NCBI GenBank assembly: GCA_002501065.1
Contig: DLRK01000196.1
Span: 133,048 to 197,047 of the forward strand
Length of the DNA stretch: 64,000 nt
Reading direction: 5' to 3'
Source of the DNA: Akkermansiaceae bacterium UBA7890
Lineage (GTDB): Bacteria; Verrucomicrobiota; Verrucomicrobiia; Verrucomicrobiales; Akkermansiaceae
Below are positions 15,857 to 25,151 of the stretch, in pieces. The notes below the pieces were generated by a model. That model was not told the origin of the DNA, ran no database searches, and saw only the letters and a program-made list of their open reading frames with translations. The position numbers and the translations under genes are program-made. The stretch's first letter is position 1; every line of letters starts with the position of its first letter.

Positions 15857-18202
15857 ATGGTGAAATTTCTCATGGTCGCCGGTCTGTCTGGTTTTCTTTT
15901 CTCGAGCCCCGCGGGCGCGAAGAACCAGGCAGTGCAATCCTACGGGAAGATCCACTCCGGTGAACTCGGCTTTACCAGGATCGTTGTCTGCCAGCGGAGG
16001 GAGCTTTCTCCCTCCCACGTCTACACCTACCACCAGGAAGGCCTGCGGCCGGGAGGTGGTCTCTGGATCTGCGACTTCTCCGGTGAAAAGGTGCGCAAGA
16101 CCATGATTCTCGGCAGCCCGGACGGCGTGATCCTTGATCTCAACCTCCACTACGACGGGCGCACCCTGCTCTTCAGCTGGAAGCGCACCATGGAGGATCA
16201 TTTCCAGGTTTACTCGATCGGAATTGACGGCGGAAACCTGAAACAGATCACCAATCACGACTCCAACAACTTCAATGCCTGCTGGCTCCCGGACGGTGGA
16301 ATCGCGTTTCTTTCCGACCGCAAGCCGGCTTACGCCTACTGCTGGAAGACGACCACTCCCATCCTGTGGCGCTGCGATGCCGACGGCAGCAGGCCGGTTC
16401 GGCTCAGCGCCAATTACCTCAATGATTTCACCCCGGTGGTCTTCTCCGACGGCCGGATCGTTTACAGTCGCTGGGAGTATGTTGACCGGCCGGCTATTCC
16501 GATCCAGAGCCTGTGGTCGATCAACCCCGACGGGACGGGGCTGGCCGGGGTGTTCGGTAACCGGATCCTGAGCCCGGCCACCTTCATGGATGCGCGGGAG
16601 ATTCCGGGAAGCGATGGAACGATCCTGTGCGTTCTGACCTCGCACAACGGACCCTGTCGCGGAGCAATCGGGATCGTCGACCCGAAACTCGGTTCCAACG
16701 CCCAGGCCGCTATCAGGAACATCACCCCGGAAATCGACATTGGACGGATTGACGATGCGCGACGGGGCAATGGCATGCGGGGTCCCTACCTCAACCCCTT
16801 TCCGGTCAACGGGACTTACTACCTGGTTTCCAAGGCCGGCGAGATCGAACTGCGTGATTACGGGATGCAATACACGGCCCGCATCCTGGGCAAATCAGGG
16901 GAGCTTGGCTTTTATGCGCCCCAGCCGGTAAGAGCACGCAGCCGGGAGAGGCTCCTGGCCTCCAGCCTCCGGGAACCAGAGGATGAGGAACAGGGGTGGG
17001 GGACCATCTTCATGCAGGACGTCTACGAGGGGCTCGGCGGCAAGGTCGAACGGGGATCGGTGAAGCGGTTGGCGGTGGTGCAGGAAGTGGAAAAACCGTT
17101 GGGAATCGATCCCTCCAAGCGGGCTTTTGGATTTCAGTTTCCGGTGGTCAGTGCCGGCGCCACCTATGCGCCCAAGAAGATCTGGGGTTACGCAAAGGTT
17201 GAGCAGGACGGATCCGCTCATTTCCGCGTTCCGGCCCGGGAGCCGATCTACTTCCTGCCGATTGATGGGGAGGGCCGGGCCGTACAGCGGATGCGCACCT
17301 TCACGCATCTCATGCCGGGCGAGGTGCAGAGTTGCGTCGGTTGTCACGCCGACCGCAACAATGCGACGCCCCGGAGGGAGAGGAAAAGCACCGTGGCCCA
17401 GTCACGTCAGGTGGAGGAACTGACCCCTCCCGAATGGGGTGTTTCCGGGTTCAGCTATGCCCAGCTCGTCCAGCCCGTCCTGGATCAGCACTGCGTCAGT
17501 TGCCACAGCCACGAAGAGCAGGCCGGCGATCTTGAACTGACCGGGGACAAGACGGACTTTTTCAATGTTTCGTATGACAACCTGATCCGGAAAGGGCGGG
17601 ACAGGTATGTTCAATGGATCTCCACCTACAATGGCCAGGAATCCAACATCCTCGAAATCGAACCGGGCCGCTGGGGGGCCAAGGCGTCCCTTCTCGGACA
17701 GGTCGTTGCGACCGGGCATCCGGACCAGGAAGGGAAAAAGCGGATCGATCTCCCACCCGACCAGAAGCACCGCCTCTACGCCTGGATGGATCTCAACAGT
17801 CCCTACTACCGGAGCAGTGACTCAGCCTACCGGGAAAACAAGGGGTGCCGTCAGATTGTGCCCGACGGACTGCCCGGTGTGTTTGCCGATGTCGCAAAGC
17901 GGCGCTGCGTTTCCTGCCATGCGGGCCTGCAGGATGTGTTCAAGTCTCCGGGTCGTGACAGTTTCTTTATCCGTCTCGATCATCCTGAACGCAACGGATT
18001 CCTCCGTGCTCCTCTTGCAAGGAAAGCCGGCGGCACCGAGGCGTGTGGAGCAGCCGTTTATGCCGGCACCGATGACCCGGATTACCGGAGGTTGCTGGAG
18101 ACCTTCGAAGAAACCCGTAAGATGCTGGAAGCCAGGCCCCGGATGGACATGCACCCCATGGGCACCCCCTTCAAGTGCCTTCCTGCAGCCGAGACCCCCT
18201 GA
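15857..18202 (+). CDS. HzsA-related beta-propeller c-type cytochrome, paralogue 3 (short type, 3 CxxCH)
   Basis: 781 aa, signal MVKFLMVAGLSGFLFSSPAGA. Blades: LPDGGIAFLSDR, FSDGRIVYSRWEYVDRPAIPIQSLWSINPDGTG. Haem block: GYAKVEQDGSAHFRVPAREPIYFLPIDGEGRAVQRMRTFTHLMPGEVQSCVGCHAD. Additional modules: VQPVLDQHCVSCHS and RCVSCHAG. Confidence 0.85.
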   Translation: MVKFLMVAGLSGFLFSSPAGAKNQAVQSYGKIHSGELGFTRIVVCQRRELSPSHVYTYHQEGLRPGGGLWICDFSGEKVRKTMILGSPDGVILDLNLHYDGRTLLFSWKRTMEDHFQVYSIGIDGGNLKQITNHDSNNFNACWLPDGGIAFLSDRKPAYAYCWKTTTPILWRCDADGSRPVRLSANYLNDFTPVVFSDGRIVYSRWEYVDRPAIPIQSLWSINPDGTGLAGVFGNRILSPATFMDAREIPGSDGTILCVLTSHNGPCRGAIGIVDPKLGSNAQAAIRNITPEIDIGRIDDARRGNGMRGPYLNPFPVNGTYYLVSKAGEIELRDYGMQYTARILGKSGELGFYAPQPVRARSRERLLASSLREPEDEEQGWGTIFMQDVYEGLGGKVERGSVKRLAVVQEVEKPLGIDPSKRAFGFQFPVVSAGATYAPKKIWGYAKVEQDGSAHFRVPAREPIYFLPIDGEGRAVQRMRTFTHLMPGEVQSCVGCHADRNNATPRRERKSTVAQSRQVEELTPPEWGVSGFSYAQLVQPVLDQHCVSCHSHEEQAGDLELTGDKTDFFNVSYDNLIRKGRDRYVQWISTYNGQESNILEIEPGRWGAKASLLGQVVATGHPDQEGKKRIDLPPDQKHRLYAWMDLNSPYYRSSDSAYRENKGCRQIVPDGLPGVFADVAKRRCVSCHAGLQDVFKSPGRDSFFIRLDHPERNGFLRAPLARKAGGTEACGAAVYAGTDDPDYRRLLETFEETRKMLEARPRMDMHPMGTPFKCLPAAETP

Positions 18203-18217
18203 TCGAAACGGACCGCG

Positions 18218-19585
18218 ATGACCTTGAAGACCTGCTTTCTTGGTGCAACAGTGTTGATCGCAGTTCTGGCCGGAAGGCACGCAGGGGCCGGCGAGTCGAC
18301 CTGGCAGGTGGCCGAACGTGTCGAGGTCGAAACGGTGCCTTCGTGGTTCCCGGTCGGGTTCTCATTGCTGACCCATGGCCAGCGCCAGTACGTGGCATAC
18401 TATGATGCGGAACACCGGATGACGGTGGGCGTTCGCAGGCCGGGCCAGCGCCAGTGGCAGACCGTCAAGCTCGACTCGAAGGTCGGATGGGATTCGCACA
18501 ACGGTGTTACGATGGGGATGGACGGGAACGGCGATCTGCATGTGTCGGGCAACATGCACGGTGTGCCATTGATCTATTTTCGTAGCGAAATTCCGGGCGA
18601 TGTCATGACCTTGAAGCGGTTGCCCATGACCGGTCGGAATGAGAACCGGTGCACCTATCCCCACTTCCTGCATGACGCGGCGGGCAGACTGGTCTTCCAT
18701 TATCGGGACGGGGGCAGCGGGAACGGACGGCGCTACTACAACGTTTATGACCGCAGCTCGCGAACCTGGTCGCGGCTTCTTGACAGGCCGCTGTTCGAGG
18801 GGCAGGGCAAACGGAACGCCTATCCGATCGGTCCGGTGGCGGGACCCGGCAGGCGATTTCATGTCTTCTGGGTCTGGCGCGACACGCCCGACTGCGCGAC
18901 CAATAACAACCTGTCCTACGCCCGCAGCCCTGATCTTGTCCGTTGGGAGAGCGCTGCGGGCGAGCCTGTCGATCTGCCGATGGTGCTTGGGACCAGGGGG
19001 CTGATCGTCGATCCGGTCCCATCGGGAGGCGGAATGATCAACGGTGGGGCGAGGCTGGTTTTTGATTCTCAGGATCGGCCCATGATCGCGTATCACAAGT
19101 CCGACGAAGAGGGGAACATGCAGCTCTACGTGGCCCGTTTTGCCGGGGGCAGTTGGATGCGGCGGGTGATCACCACCTGGGACAAGCCGGTGAAGTTCTC
19201 GGGACGCGGAGCCATGCCATTCATTGGGATCCGGATCTCCACGCCCCGACGGGTCGGGGGAATGGTGTGGATGATCGGCTACCGCCATCGCGACTACGGT
19301 AGCGGGACAGTTGCCTTCGACGAAAGGACGCTCGAACCCGTGACCTCGAGGATCGAGCCGCTACCCCGCGAGCTTCCGAAGGAACTGGAACAGCCGGAGC
19401 TCAGGTTCGCCGGGATCGGCGTCCGCCGGGCGGAGGATCTCGGGGGGCCGGGCGACCCGAACGTGCGCTATGTCCTGAAGTGGGACGCCCTGTCCGCCAA
19501 CTACGACCGGAAGCGGACCGGATTATTGCCTCCACCCGCAATGCTGCGCGTCTACAAGCTCGTCCGCGATACGGAGGGGCAGTAG
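18218..19585 (+). CDS. BNR_4-like (BNR repeat family) beta-propeller protein
   Basis: 455 aa with a signal-like N-terminus, 15 bp after paralogue 3. Motifs as I remember them for the BNR_4 family: YVAYYDAEHRMTVGVRR, GWDSHNGVTMGMDGNGDLHVSGNMHGVPLIYFRS, TYPHFLHDAAGRLVFHYRDGGSGNG. Confidence 0.6.
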   Translation: MTLKTCFLGATVLIAVLAGRHAGAGESTWQVAERVEVETVPSWFPVGFSLLTHGQRQYVAYYDAEHRMTVGVRRPGQRQWQTVKLDSKVGWDSHNGVTMGMDGNGDLHVSGNMHGVPLIYFRSEIPGDVMTLKRLPMTGRNENRCTYPHFLHDAAGRLVFHYRDGGSGNGRRYYNVYDRSSRTWSRLLDRPLFEGQGKRNAYPIGPVAGPGRRFHVFWVWRDTPDCATNNNLSYARSPDLVRWESAAGEPVDLPMVLGTRGLIVDPVPSGGGMINGGARLVFDSQDRPMIAYHKSDEEGNMQLYVARFAGGSWMRRVITTWDKPVKFSGRGAMPFIGIRISTPRRVGGMVWMIGYRHRDYGSGTVAFDERTLEPVTSRIEPLPRELPKELEQPELRFAGIGVRRAEDLGGPGDPNVRYVLKWDALSANYDRKRTGLLPPPAMLRVYKLVRDTEGQ

Positions 19586-19674
19586 GGGGACGGTAAAGGT
19601 CTTCCCGTGGCAGAGGGTTGGACAAGGGAGATTCCCGGCGACGGTCAGGCTCTTGTGGGAAAGTGCTCCCGGCA

Positions 19675-22380
19675 TCACTTTGGCGTGGGGCGGAAGTCGG
19701 GGTGGTTGCGATATTTCACGTTGCGTCGCCCGAAGTAGCTGCCGTAGTAAGGGGAATTGGCATCGATCCAGGTGACCAGCCTGATGAACTCGGATCTGGA
19801 CAGGTTGACGTCCGCATGTCCCTCGCGGATCAACTGCACCAGTTTGCTCACGTGAGAACCCAGGGTGTAGGGTGGGACCGGTGAGGCATCCCCGGTTTTC
19901 GGTTCGTTTTCGTGAAAGACCTGCACGAGATCCTTCTGGAGGAGATTCTCGTAGGAACGGTTGAAGAGGGTGGTCAGTTCACCGCTCAAATCGAGATCCC
20001 CTTCGAGTTTCTCCGCGTTGTGGCAACTCACGCAGTGCCGGTCCAGGATCGGTTGGACATCGACCGCATAGTGAATGGGACGAGGTCCGGAGTCGCCGGG
20101 TTGTGGTCTCAATTCATGGGGCCGGTGGTGCAGGGCAAGCATGGGCCAGTTCCTGGGAGTCCACTTTTTGGGGCTGTGGCAACCGATACAGGAGCGCGAT
20201 TCACCCGGACGCAGATTCACGAATGATCGCATCCGTTGCACCTCCATGAAATCCTTGTCGAGGGCCTGGAAGTAGAGGTTGCGATCAGGTGGAACCGTGA
20301 AGTGGGCGGAGCCATCCGCTTCGACCGGGACGATGCCGAGCATACGCTTGGCGTGGAGGCTGCCATTCATGCTGACTACGGCGTGTTGCTGGTAGCTGCT
20401 GTCCCCGTCCCAGAATCGCCGGGCAGCCCAGGGCCGGGCCAGGGTCTCCATGACCCGGAGGTATTTGATCGTTCCGCGTTCCACGCCATTCAATCCCACG
20501 TACACGTCGGACATGATGAGAGTGGCGGCAGTGTTGGCGGAGTCTCTTGACGAGATTGCAACAGGAGGGGTTTTCCTCGGTTGGGCCCGGATCGGTTGCC
20601 AGCAGGAGATCGATGAGTCCCGATGGATCAGCACCCGGTTTCCGAATTCATCCAGGAGGTAGATTCCGTAGGCGGAGAGATCGTTGAATTCGCGGTCGGG
20701 GTTGCAGGTGACCAGGAAGAACTTATCGTCGAGGGGATAGGGATCCGTGTAAAGCGGCCCCTTGTAGTCCCGGCGCCAGCGGCCATTGCGCTTGTGAAAG
20801 TAGCCGTGTTCGGTCCGCACATCGACGTTCGGGGTGATATAGGTCATCGAGGGGCGGGTGCGGCCGGACTGCCGGGTATCGATACGAATGACGGTCCCGA
20901 CTCCCAGCGGCATGTGGGGCGCGCCGATCACCACGAACTGGCTGTTGCTTCCCGGGATGGCCCGCCCGTGAAGCAGGGTATCGGGAAAGGTGATATTGTT
21001 GCCGTAAATCTCGGTCGAACCACTTCCGTCCGGAAACATCGCCCAGAGGCATTTGATCACCACGTCCGGTTTGTCCACGTATTCCCAGCGGGTGTAAAGG
21101 ATGCGCCCATCGTTCATCACGCTGGGGGATCCCTCGCTCAGCGGACCATTCGAAAGAACCTCCAGGTTCCGGCCATCGGCGTCCATGCGGTAGAGGGTGG
21201 TGGTCGTGAACAGGTCAGGAGTGTCACAAAGGATGCCGCGTTCGCACCGGGTGGAGACGAAACAGATCCCCCCGTCCGGCAGGTAGCATGGGTGCATGTC
21301 GTCGGTGTGATGATGGTAGGCCTGATCGATCCTGTATTTCCTGATGCGCGACTGTTCGTCGGGTGGATCGAAGGTGATCTGGCGAAGCCCGCTCCCATCG
21401 AGGCCCACTTCCCAGATTCGGAATCCCTTTCCAATTCTGGGTTTGTAGCCAAAGACGGCCCGCTTGCCATCGAAGGACAGATCGCAGCGTCCGAAGATTC
21501 CTCCGTTCAACCGGGGCGCAAGTTCCGTCACCGTTCCGTCCGCCAGGGACAGGACGCACAGATTCCCGCCGAAATGTTTACACCCGTTGATGTAATCAGT
21601 GTAGTAATGATTGGACTGGTAGGTGTGCCGTTTGACAAAGAGCAGTTTGTCAAACTGCAGGAGGGGATTGTCGGAAAGCAGGGCTTCAGTTCTCAATTGT
21701 TCGATCTCGTCGGCAGCCTCCGGCCTGGTCCTGAGTTCGCGTTCCAGCACCGTCAACCGGGCCAGGTGATCCTCATGTCCGGGGTAATCATAGCGGGCCC
21801 CAAGATCTGTAATCGCTTTGCGCAAACCTGCGATATTCAGCTCGGTGAGCTGTTCTTCAGCTTCTGCGGCTGGATCACGAAAGAGATTCTTCTTTGGTGG
21901 GATCTTGCTCGAAGAGACTGTCAGTCCCCTGAGATGAGGCATGAATCCGGAACTTGCGATCCGGATCGTGTTCCGGCCACGCACCAGATTGAACGGACCG
22001 TGGGATTGCCAGCGAAGATCACCGCTGAAGAATCCGCCCGTGGGTTCCTGAAGCGCCACTTCAGGATGATCCTCTCCGTTGATGCTCAGTTGGCAGGGAC
22101 GAGGTTCCCCCGAGCAGTAGTAGAAATGGACGGAATAAGCCCCGCCCTGAACCTCGATCGCCCACTCCATGAATCCTCCCTTCCCAACGCAGAGGGTGAG
22201 GTTGTCGAAGGCGGCGTATTCGGCCGCAATGTTGGATGAGCGCGCCGAAAGCTCGCGAGCGGGAAGACTGACATCCTCGGCCCGGAGCAGAGACCCTCCC
22301 GGGAGAAGCAACGATATCAGCGCAAGCAGTGACTTGATCTGACACAGGTGGGGAGCCGCCGTCCTGGAGAATCGCTTCAT
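19675..22380 (-). CDS. HzsA-related beta-propeller c-type cytochrome, paralogue 4 (CBM6/35-like N-terminal domain, 2 CxxCH)
   Basis: Start is set at ATG 22380 (MKRFSRTAAPHLCQIKSLLALISLLLPGGSLLRAEDV), which overlaps the upstream stop as ATGA. The 223-codon 5' extension in the track is Pro/Arg/Gly-rich junk. CBM-like domain: GGAYSVHFYYCSGEPRPCQLSINGEDH...LVRGRNTIRIAS. Linker: NPLLQFDKLLFVKRH. Blades: LPDGGICFVSTR, NDGRILYTRWEYVDKPDVVIKCLWAMFPDGSG. Haem block: GIVPVEADGSAHFTVPPDRNLYFQALDKDFMEVQRMRSFVNLRPGESRSCIGCHSP. Second module: VQPILDRHCVSCHN. Confidence 0.85.
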   Translation of the reverse strand: MKRFSRTAAPHLCQIKSLLALISLLLPGGSLLRAEDVSLPARELSARSSNIAAEYAAFDNLTLCVGKGGFMEWAIEVQGGAYSVHFYYCSGEPRPCQLSINGEDHPEVALQEPTGGFFSGDLRWQSHGPFNLVRGRNTIRIASSGFMPHLRGLTVSSSKIPPKKNLFRDPAAEAEEQLTELNIAGLRKAITDLGARYDYPGHEDHLARLTVLERELRTRPEAADEIEQLRTEALLSDNPLLQFDKLLFVKRHTYQSNHYYTDYINGCKHFGGNLCVLSLADGTVTELAPRLNGGIFGRCDLSFDGKRAVFGYKPRIGKGFRIWEVGLDGSGLRQITFDPPDEQSRIRKYRIDQAYHHHTDDMHPCYLPDGGICFVSTRCERGILCDTPDLFTTTTLYRMDADGRNLEVLSNGPLSEGSPSVMNDGRILYTRWEYVDKPDVVIKCLWAMFPDGSGSTEIYGNNITFPDTLLHGRAIPGSNSQFVVIGAPHMPLGVGTVIRIDTRQSGRTRPSMTYITPNVDVRTEHGYFHKRNGRWRRDYKGPLYTDPYPLDDKFFLVTCNPDREFNDLSAYGIYLLDEFGNRVLIHRDSSISCWQPIRAQPRKTPPVAISSRDSANTAATLIMSDVYVGLNGVERGTIKYLRVMETLARPWAARRFWDGDSSYQQHAVVSMNGSLHAKRMLGIVPVEADGSAHFTVPPDRNLYFQALDKDFMEVQRMRSFVNLRPGESRSCIGCHSPKKWTPRNWPMLALHHRPHELRPQPGDSGPRPIHYAVDVQPILDRHCVSCHNAEKLEGDLDLSGELTTLFNRSYENLLQKDLVQVFHENEPKTGDASPVPPYTLGSHVSKLVQLIREGHADVNLSRSEFIRLVTWIDANSPYYGSYFGRRNVKYRNHPDFRPTPK

Positions 22381-25145
22381 CGCGGGCCTTCCGTCCGGAG
22401 ACTCCGGGCGACTGTTACGCTTGTCCTGGCCGGGGTTCCATGCCTGCTCATGGCACGCCATGTCAGGGCGTAGTGATACGTTCCCTCCCGCAGGGTCGGA
22501 TCGAGGTAGGCCGAGCGGGTCAGGGACACGAGGTGAGTCGATTCGTCGGGGATGAAGTCCGGTTCCGTGCCGCGGTGCAGTTCGAAGACTACTCCGCTCC
22601 AGTTCGAAGAATGCTCCCACGAAAGCGAAACTCCCTGCGGAGTCGCCACCGCTCGCAGGGTGGGGGAGTGCGGGGGTGGCGATGGCGGAATGAGCTGCCG
22701 GCTGGAGCCCGGAATGATCTTCGCTCCCGGCATGTCCACCCGTGGGTCGGTGAGGGCGAGGTCCCGCCCCTTGCGCAAGGTGGCAAGCATGGATTTGTAG
22801 TGCTGGCTCTGAGTGGATGGAAAGCTTGCCATCGGCTCTCCGGAGCGGTCCGGTCTGCTGAACTCCCGGCGCGCAAAGGCGGCAACTGGCTTCACGGCAT
22901 GGGCGTAGTTGTTCACCAGTTGGCGAATCCGTTGATGGGCCGGATTCACGTGGCGCTCGCGGCAGAGTCCCAGTCCGAATCCCTCGGCCCCGGGCGCCAG
23001 CGGAGCTCGCAGAATGCGGCTCAGGTGAGGCTGTTGCAGGTTGATCCAATCCTCCTCAAACAAGACGGGGTTTCCCTTCTTGTCGCCGTGACAGCGCATG
23101 CAGTCGGCTTGGCGCATGTTCTCGATAAGGGCTTGGCGAGTCTGCTTCCAACCCCTGGTGGCACAACCCGATTTGGTGGAATCCCATGTGCCATGATACA
23201 GTCCGTTGCTGTCGATCCAGGCCATCAGCAAGTCGCGCTCGCGGGGGCTGAGTCCGGTTTCGCCGTGGCCGTCCATGAGGAGCCTGGCAAGCGGCGCCGC
23301 TCCCGATCCATGGGTCCGGGGTGGGAAGATTCGGGATGACCAGAGGGCGGTGCCATTCATGCAGTCGATTCCTGCAATGAGGGTGGCCACCAACTGACTC
23401 CTGCGGCGGCTGACCAGGTTCTCATAGCTGATGCTGAAGTGCTGGGTCCACCCGCCGGTGAGGTCCAGGCCGGCCTCCAGCCCCTCCGCGCCCCCATGGC
23501 AACGGATGCAGTGACGGTCGAGGATGGGTTGGACCATGCTGGGATAGTCGATTGCTCCGCTGCCCCAGGATTCGGGCTTCAGCTGGCTGGGCGGACTCGC
23601 CAGCAATTGCTGGAACCGGGGGTCGGTCTGGGGTGCACTTGTGCGATCCTCATGGCAGCCCACGCACGTGCGGGTGGTTCCTGGCACGGCCTGGATGAAA
23701 GTCCTCATGCTCTGGACGAGCCGGCCATCGCGGTCGAGGGCCTGCAGGTAGAGGGCCCGCCCGGCGGGCACCTCGAAGTAGGCGGAGCCTTCCTCCGTGA
23801 CCGGCACGGTTCCGAGGTAATTCTTGGCGCTGAATGCCAGGGCGGCACTGACCAGGAAGGTCTGGTTGTAGGGGCTGCCTCCCATCGTGGAGGAGGAAAC
23901 GCGTGAAGTTTCCTCGATTACTCTCAGCCGTTTGACCTCGCCGCGTTTCACTCCATCGAGACCCTGGTAGATGTCCTGCACCAGGAATCGGCCGGTGGTG
24001 GCCTTGCGGTCGATGCTGGAAGGAATGAAAACCGGAAGCGGCCGTGGCTTCACCAGCATGGGTGAGTGAAGGCAGATGTCCGGATCGTCCAGCAGGGTGG
24101 TGCGGTGCCCGGTCCGGTTCAAGAGCTGGATGGCATTGCGCTTCCGGCCGGGCAGGCGTCCGCTGAAGAGGACGGTTTCCTCGTTCAGGGGCCACGGTTC
24201 GCAGGAATCGCCGACATCGCGGGTCGGTTGGTCGGGATGCTCGAGATTGGTGAGGGCGGCCGGGTTGTTCTTTCCCTTGCTGGGGTCGAGGAATGCGATC
24301 GAGCCGCGGGGCGTGCCGTTGTGTTTGGCGAGGGTGCCGACCAGGAGAGAGGAATTGGGAACCGGACGGGCATCCAGGACCGCTTCCGGGAAGACCATGT
24401 TGTTGGCATAGAGCGCGGTTTCCTGGGTTCCGTCGGGATGGCAGGTCCAGAGGGATTGAATGGTCAGCGCGTTCTTGTCCACATACTCCCACCGTCCGAA
24501 CAGGATGCGTCCGTCCGGCAGCACCACCGGATCGAATTCATTGACGAAATTGACCGAGATCGAATGGAGATCGGACCCGTCCGCATTCATGACGTGCAGC
24601 ACCGCCACCCCGGTGTTGTTGCAGGGCACCAGTCCGCTTTGACGGGTGGAGAGGAACACGATGCGGCCATCGGGAAGGTAGGCGGGCGAAATATCATGCT
24701 GGCCACTCTTGGATCCCTCGTAAGACGCGCAGGTCGGTTCGGGATTGGTGAGGCGCCGGAGGTTGCGGCCGTCGAGGCCGATCTCATAGATGCTCGTGTT
24801 GCCGTCAGGTTTGCCCTTGAAACTGAAGAGCAGGCGGGTGGCGTCCCAGGAGAGCTCGGGATCGGTGTAGACACCGAGGCCCAGGGTCTCGGGAGTGGTG
24901 GGATCGATGATGGCCCGGATGCGCCATTGATCCTTTGGTGCAGACGGATTCTCCAGCAGGTAGATGCCTCCCCCGCCCGGCGGCCATTTGTAGTAGGTGT
25001 CGTAGATGTGGATGCCGGAGTAGGAATGGCGCTTTACGAAGAGAAGGGGAGCGTCGAGCAGGTGGGCAGGGTGCACCGCCGCGGCCCGGCCGGGCAGCAT
25101 TACGAAGCCGCAGAGAAGCAGGAATAGAATTCGTAGCATGTTCAT
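22377..25145 (-). CDS. HzsA-related beta-propeller c-type cytochrome, paralogue 5 (3 CxxCH, C-terminal Fn3-like domain)
   Basis: 922 aa, signal MNMLRILFLLLCGFVMLPGRAAA. Blades: LPDGRIVFLSTR, LPDGRILFGRWEYVDKNALTIQSLWTCHPDGT. Haem block: GTVPVTEEGSAYFEVPAGRALYLQALDRDGRLVQSMRTFIQAVPGTTRTCVGCHED. Additional modules: VQPILDRHCIRCHG, DCMRCHGD. The C-terminus looks Fn3-like: GVSLSWEHSSNWSGVVFELHRG...GTYHYALTW. Confidence 0.85.
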   Translation of the reverse strand: MNMLRILFLLLCGFVMLPGRAAAVHPAHLLDAPLLFVKRHSYSGIHIYDTYYKWPPGGGGIYLLENPSAPKDQWRIRAIIDPTTPETLGLGVYTDPELSWDATRLLFSFKGKPDGNTSIYEIGLDGRNLRRLTNPEPTCASYEGSKSGQHDISPAYLPDGRIVFLSTRQSGLVPCNNTGVAVLHVMNADGSDLHSISVNFVNEFDPVVLPDGRILFGRWEYVDKNALTIQSLWTCHPDGTQETALYANNMVFPEAVLDARPVPNSSLLVGTLAKHNGTPRGSIAFLDPSKGKNNPAALTNLEHPDQPTRDVGDSCEPWPLNEETVLFSGRLPGRKRNAIQLLNRTGHRTTLLDDPDICLHSPMLVKPRPLPVFIPSSIDRKATTGRFLVQDIYQGLDGVKRGEVKRLRVIEETSRVSSSTMGGSPYNQTFLVSAALAFSAKNYLGTVPVTEEGSAYFEVPAGRALYLQALDRDGRLVQSMRTFIQAVPGTTRTCVGCHEDRTSAPQTDPRFQQLLASPPSQLKPESWGSGAIDYPSMVQPILDRHCIRCHGGAEGLEAGLDLTGGWTQHFSISYENLVSRRRSQLVATLIAGIDCMNGTALWSSRIFPPRTHGSGAAPLARLLMDGHGETGLSPRERDLLMAWIDSNGLYHGTWDSTKSGCATRGWKQTRQALIENMRQADCMRCHGDKKGNPVLFEEDWINLQQPHLSRILRAPLAPGAEGFGLGLCRERHVNPAHQRIRQLVNNYAHAVKPVAAFARREFSRPDRSGEPMASFPSTQSQHYKSMLATLRKGRDLALTDPRVDMPGAKIIPGSSRQLIPPSPPPHSPTLRAVATPQGVSLSWEHSSNWSGVVFELHRGTEPDFIPDESTHLVSLTRSAYLDPTLREGTYHYALTWRAMSRHGTPARTSVTVARSLRTEGPR

Positions 25146-25151
25146 TGTGGG

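Noticed and set aside
22381-23049. 223-codon N-terminal extension of paralogue 4. Similar extensions lie at 46067..46339, 50949..51236, 42217..42960, 55553..55702, 59968..60201 and 28485..28583.
   Set aside because: The extensions overlap the preceding gene or are Pro/Arg/Ser-rich. Internal ATGs that give a proper signal peptide, often with an ATGA overlap to the upstream stop, are better starts.
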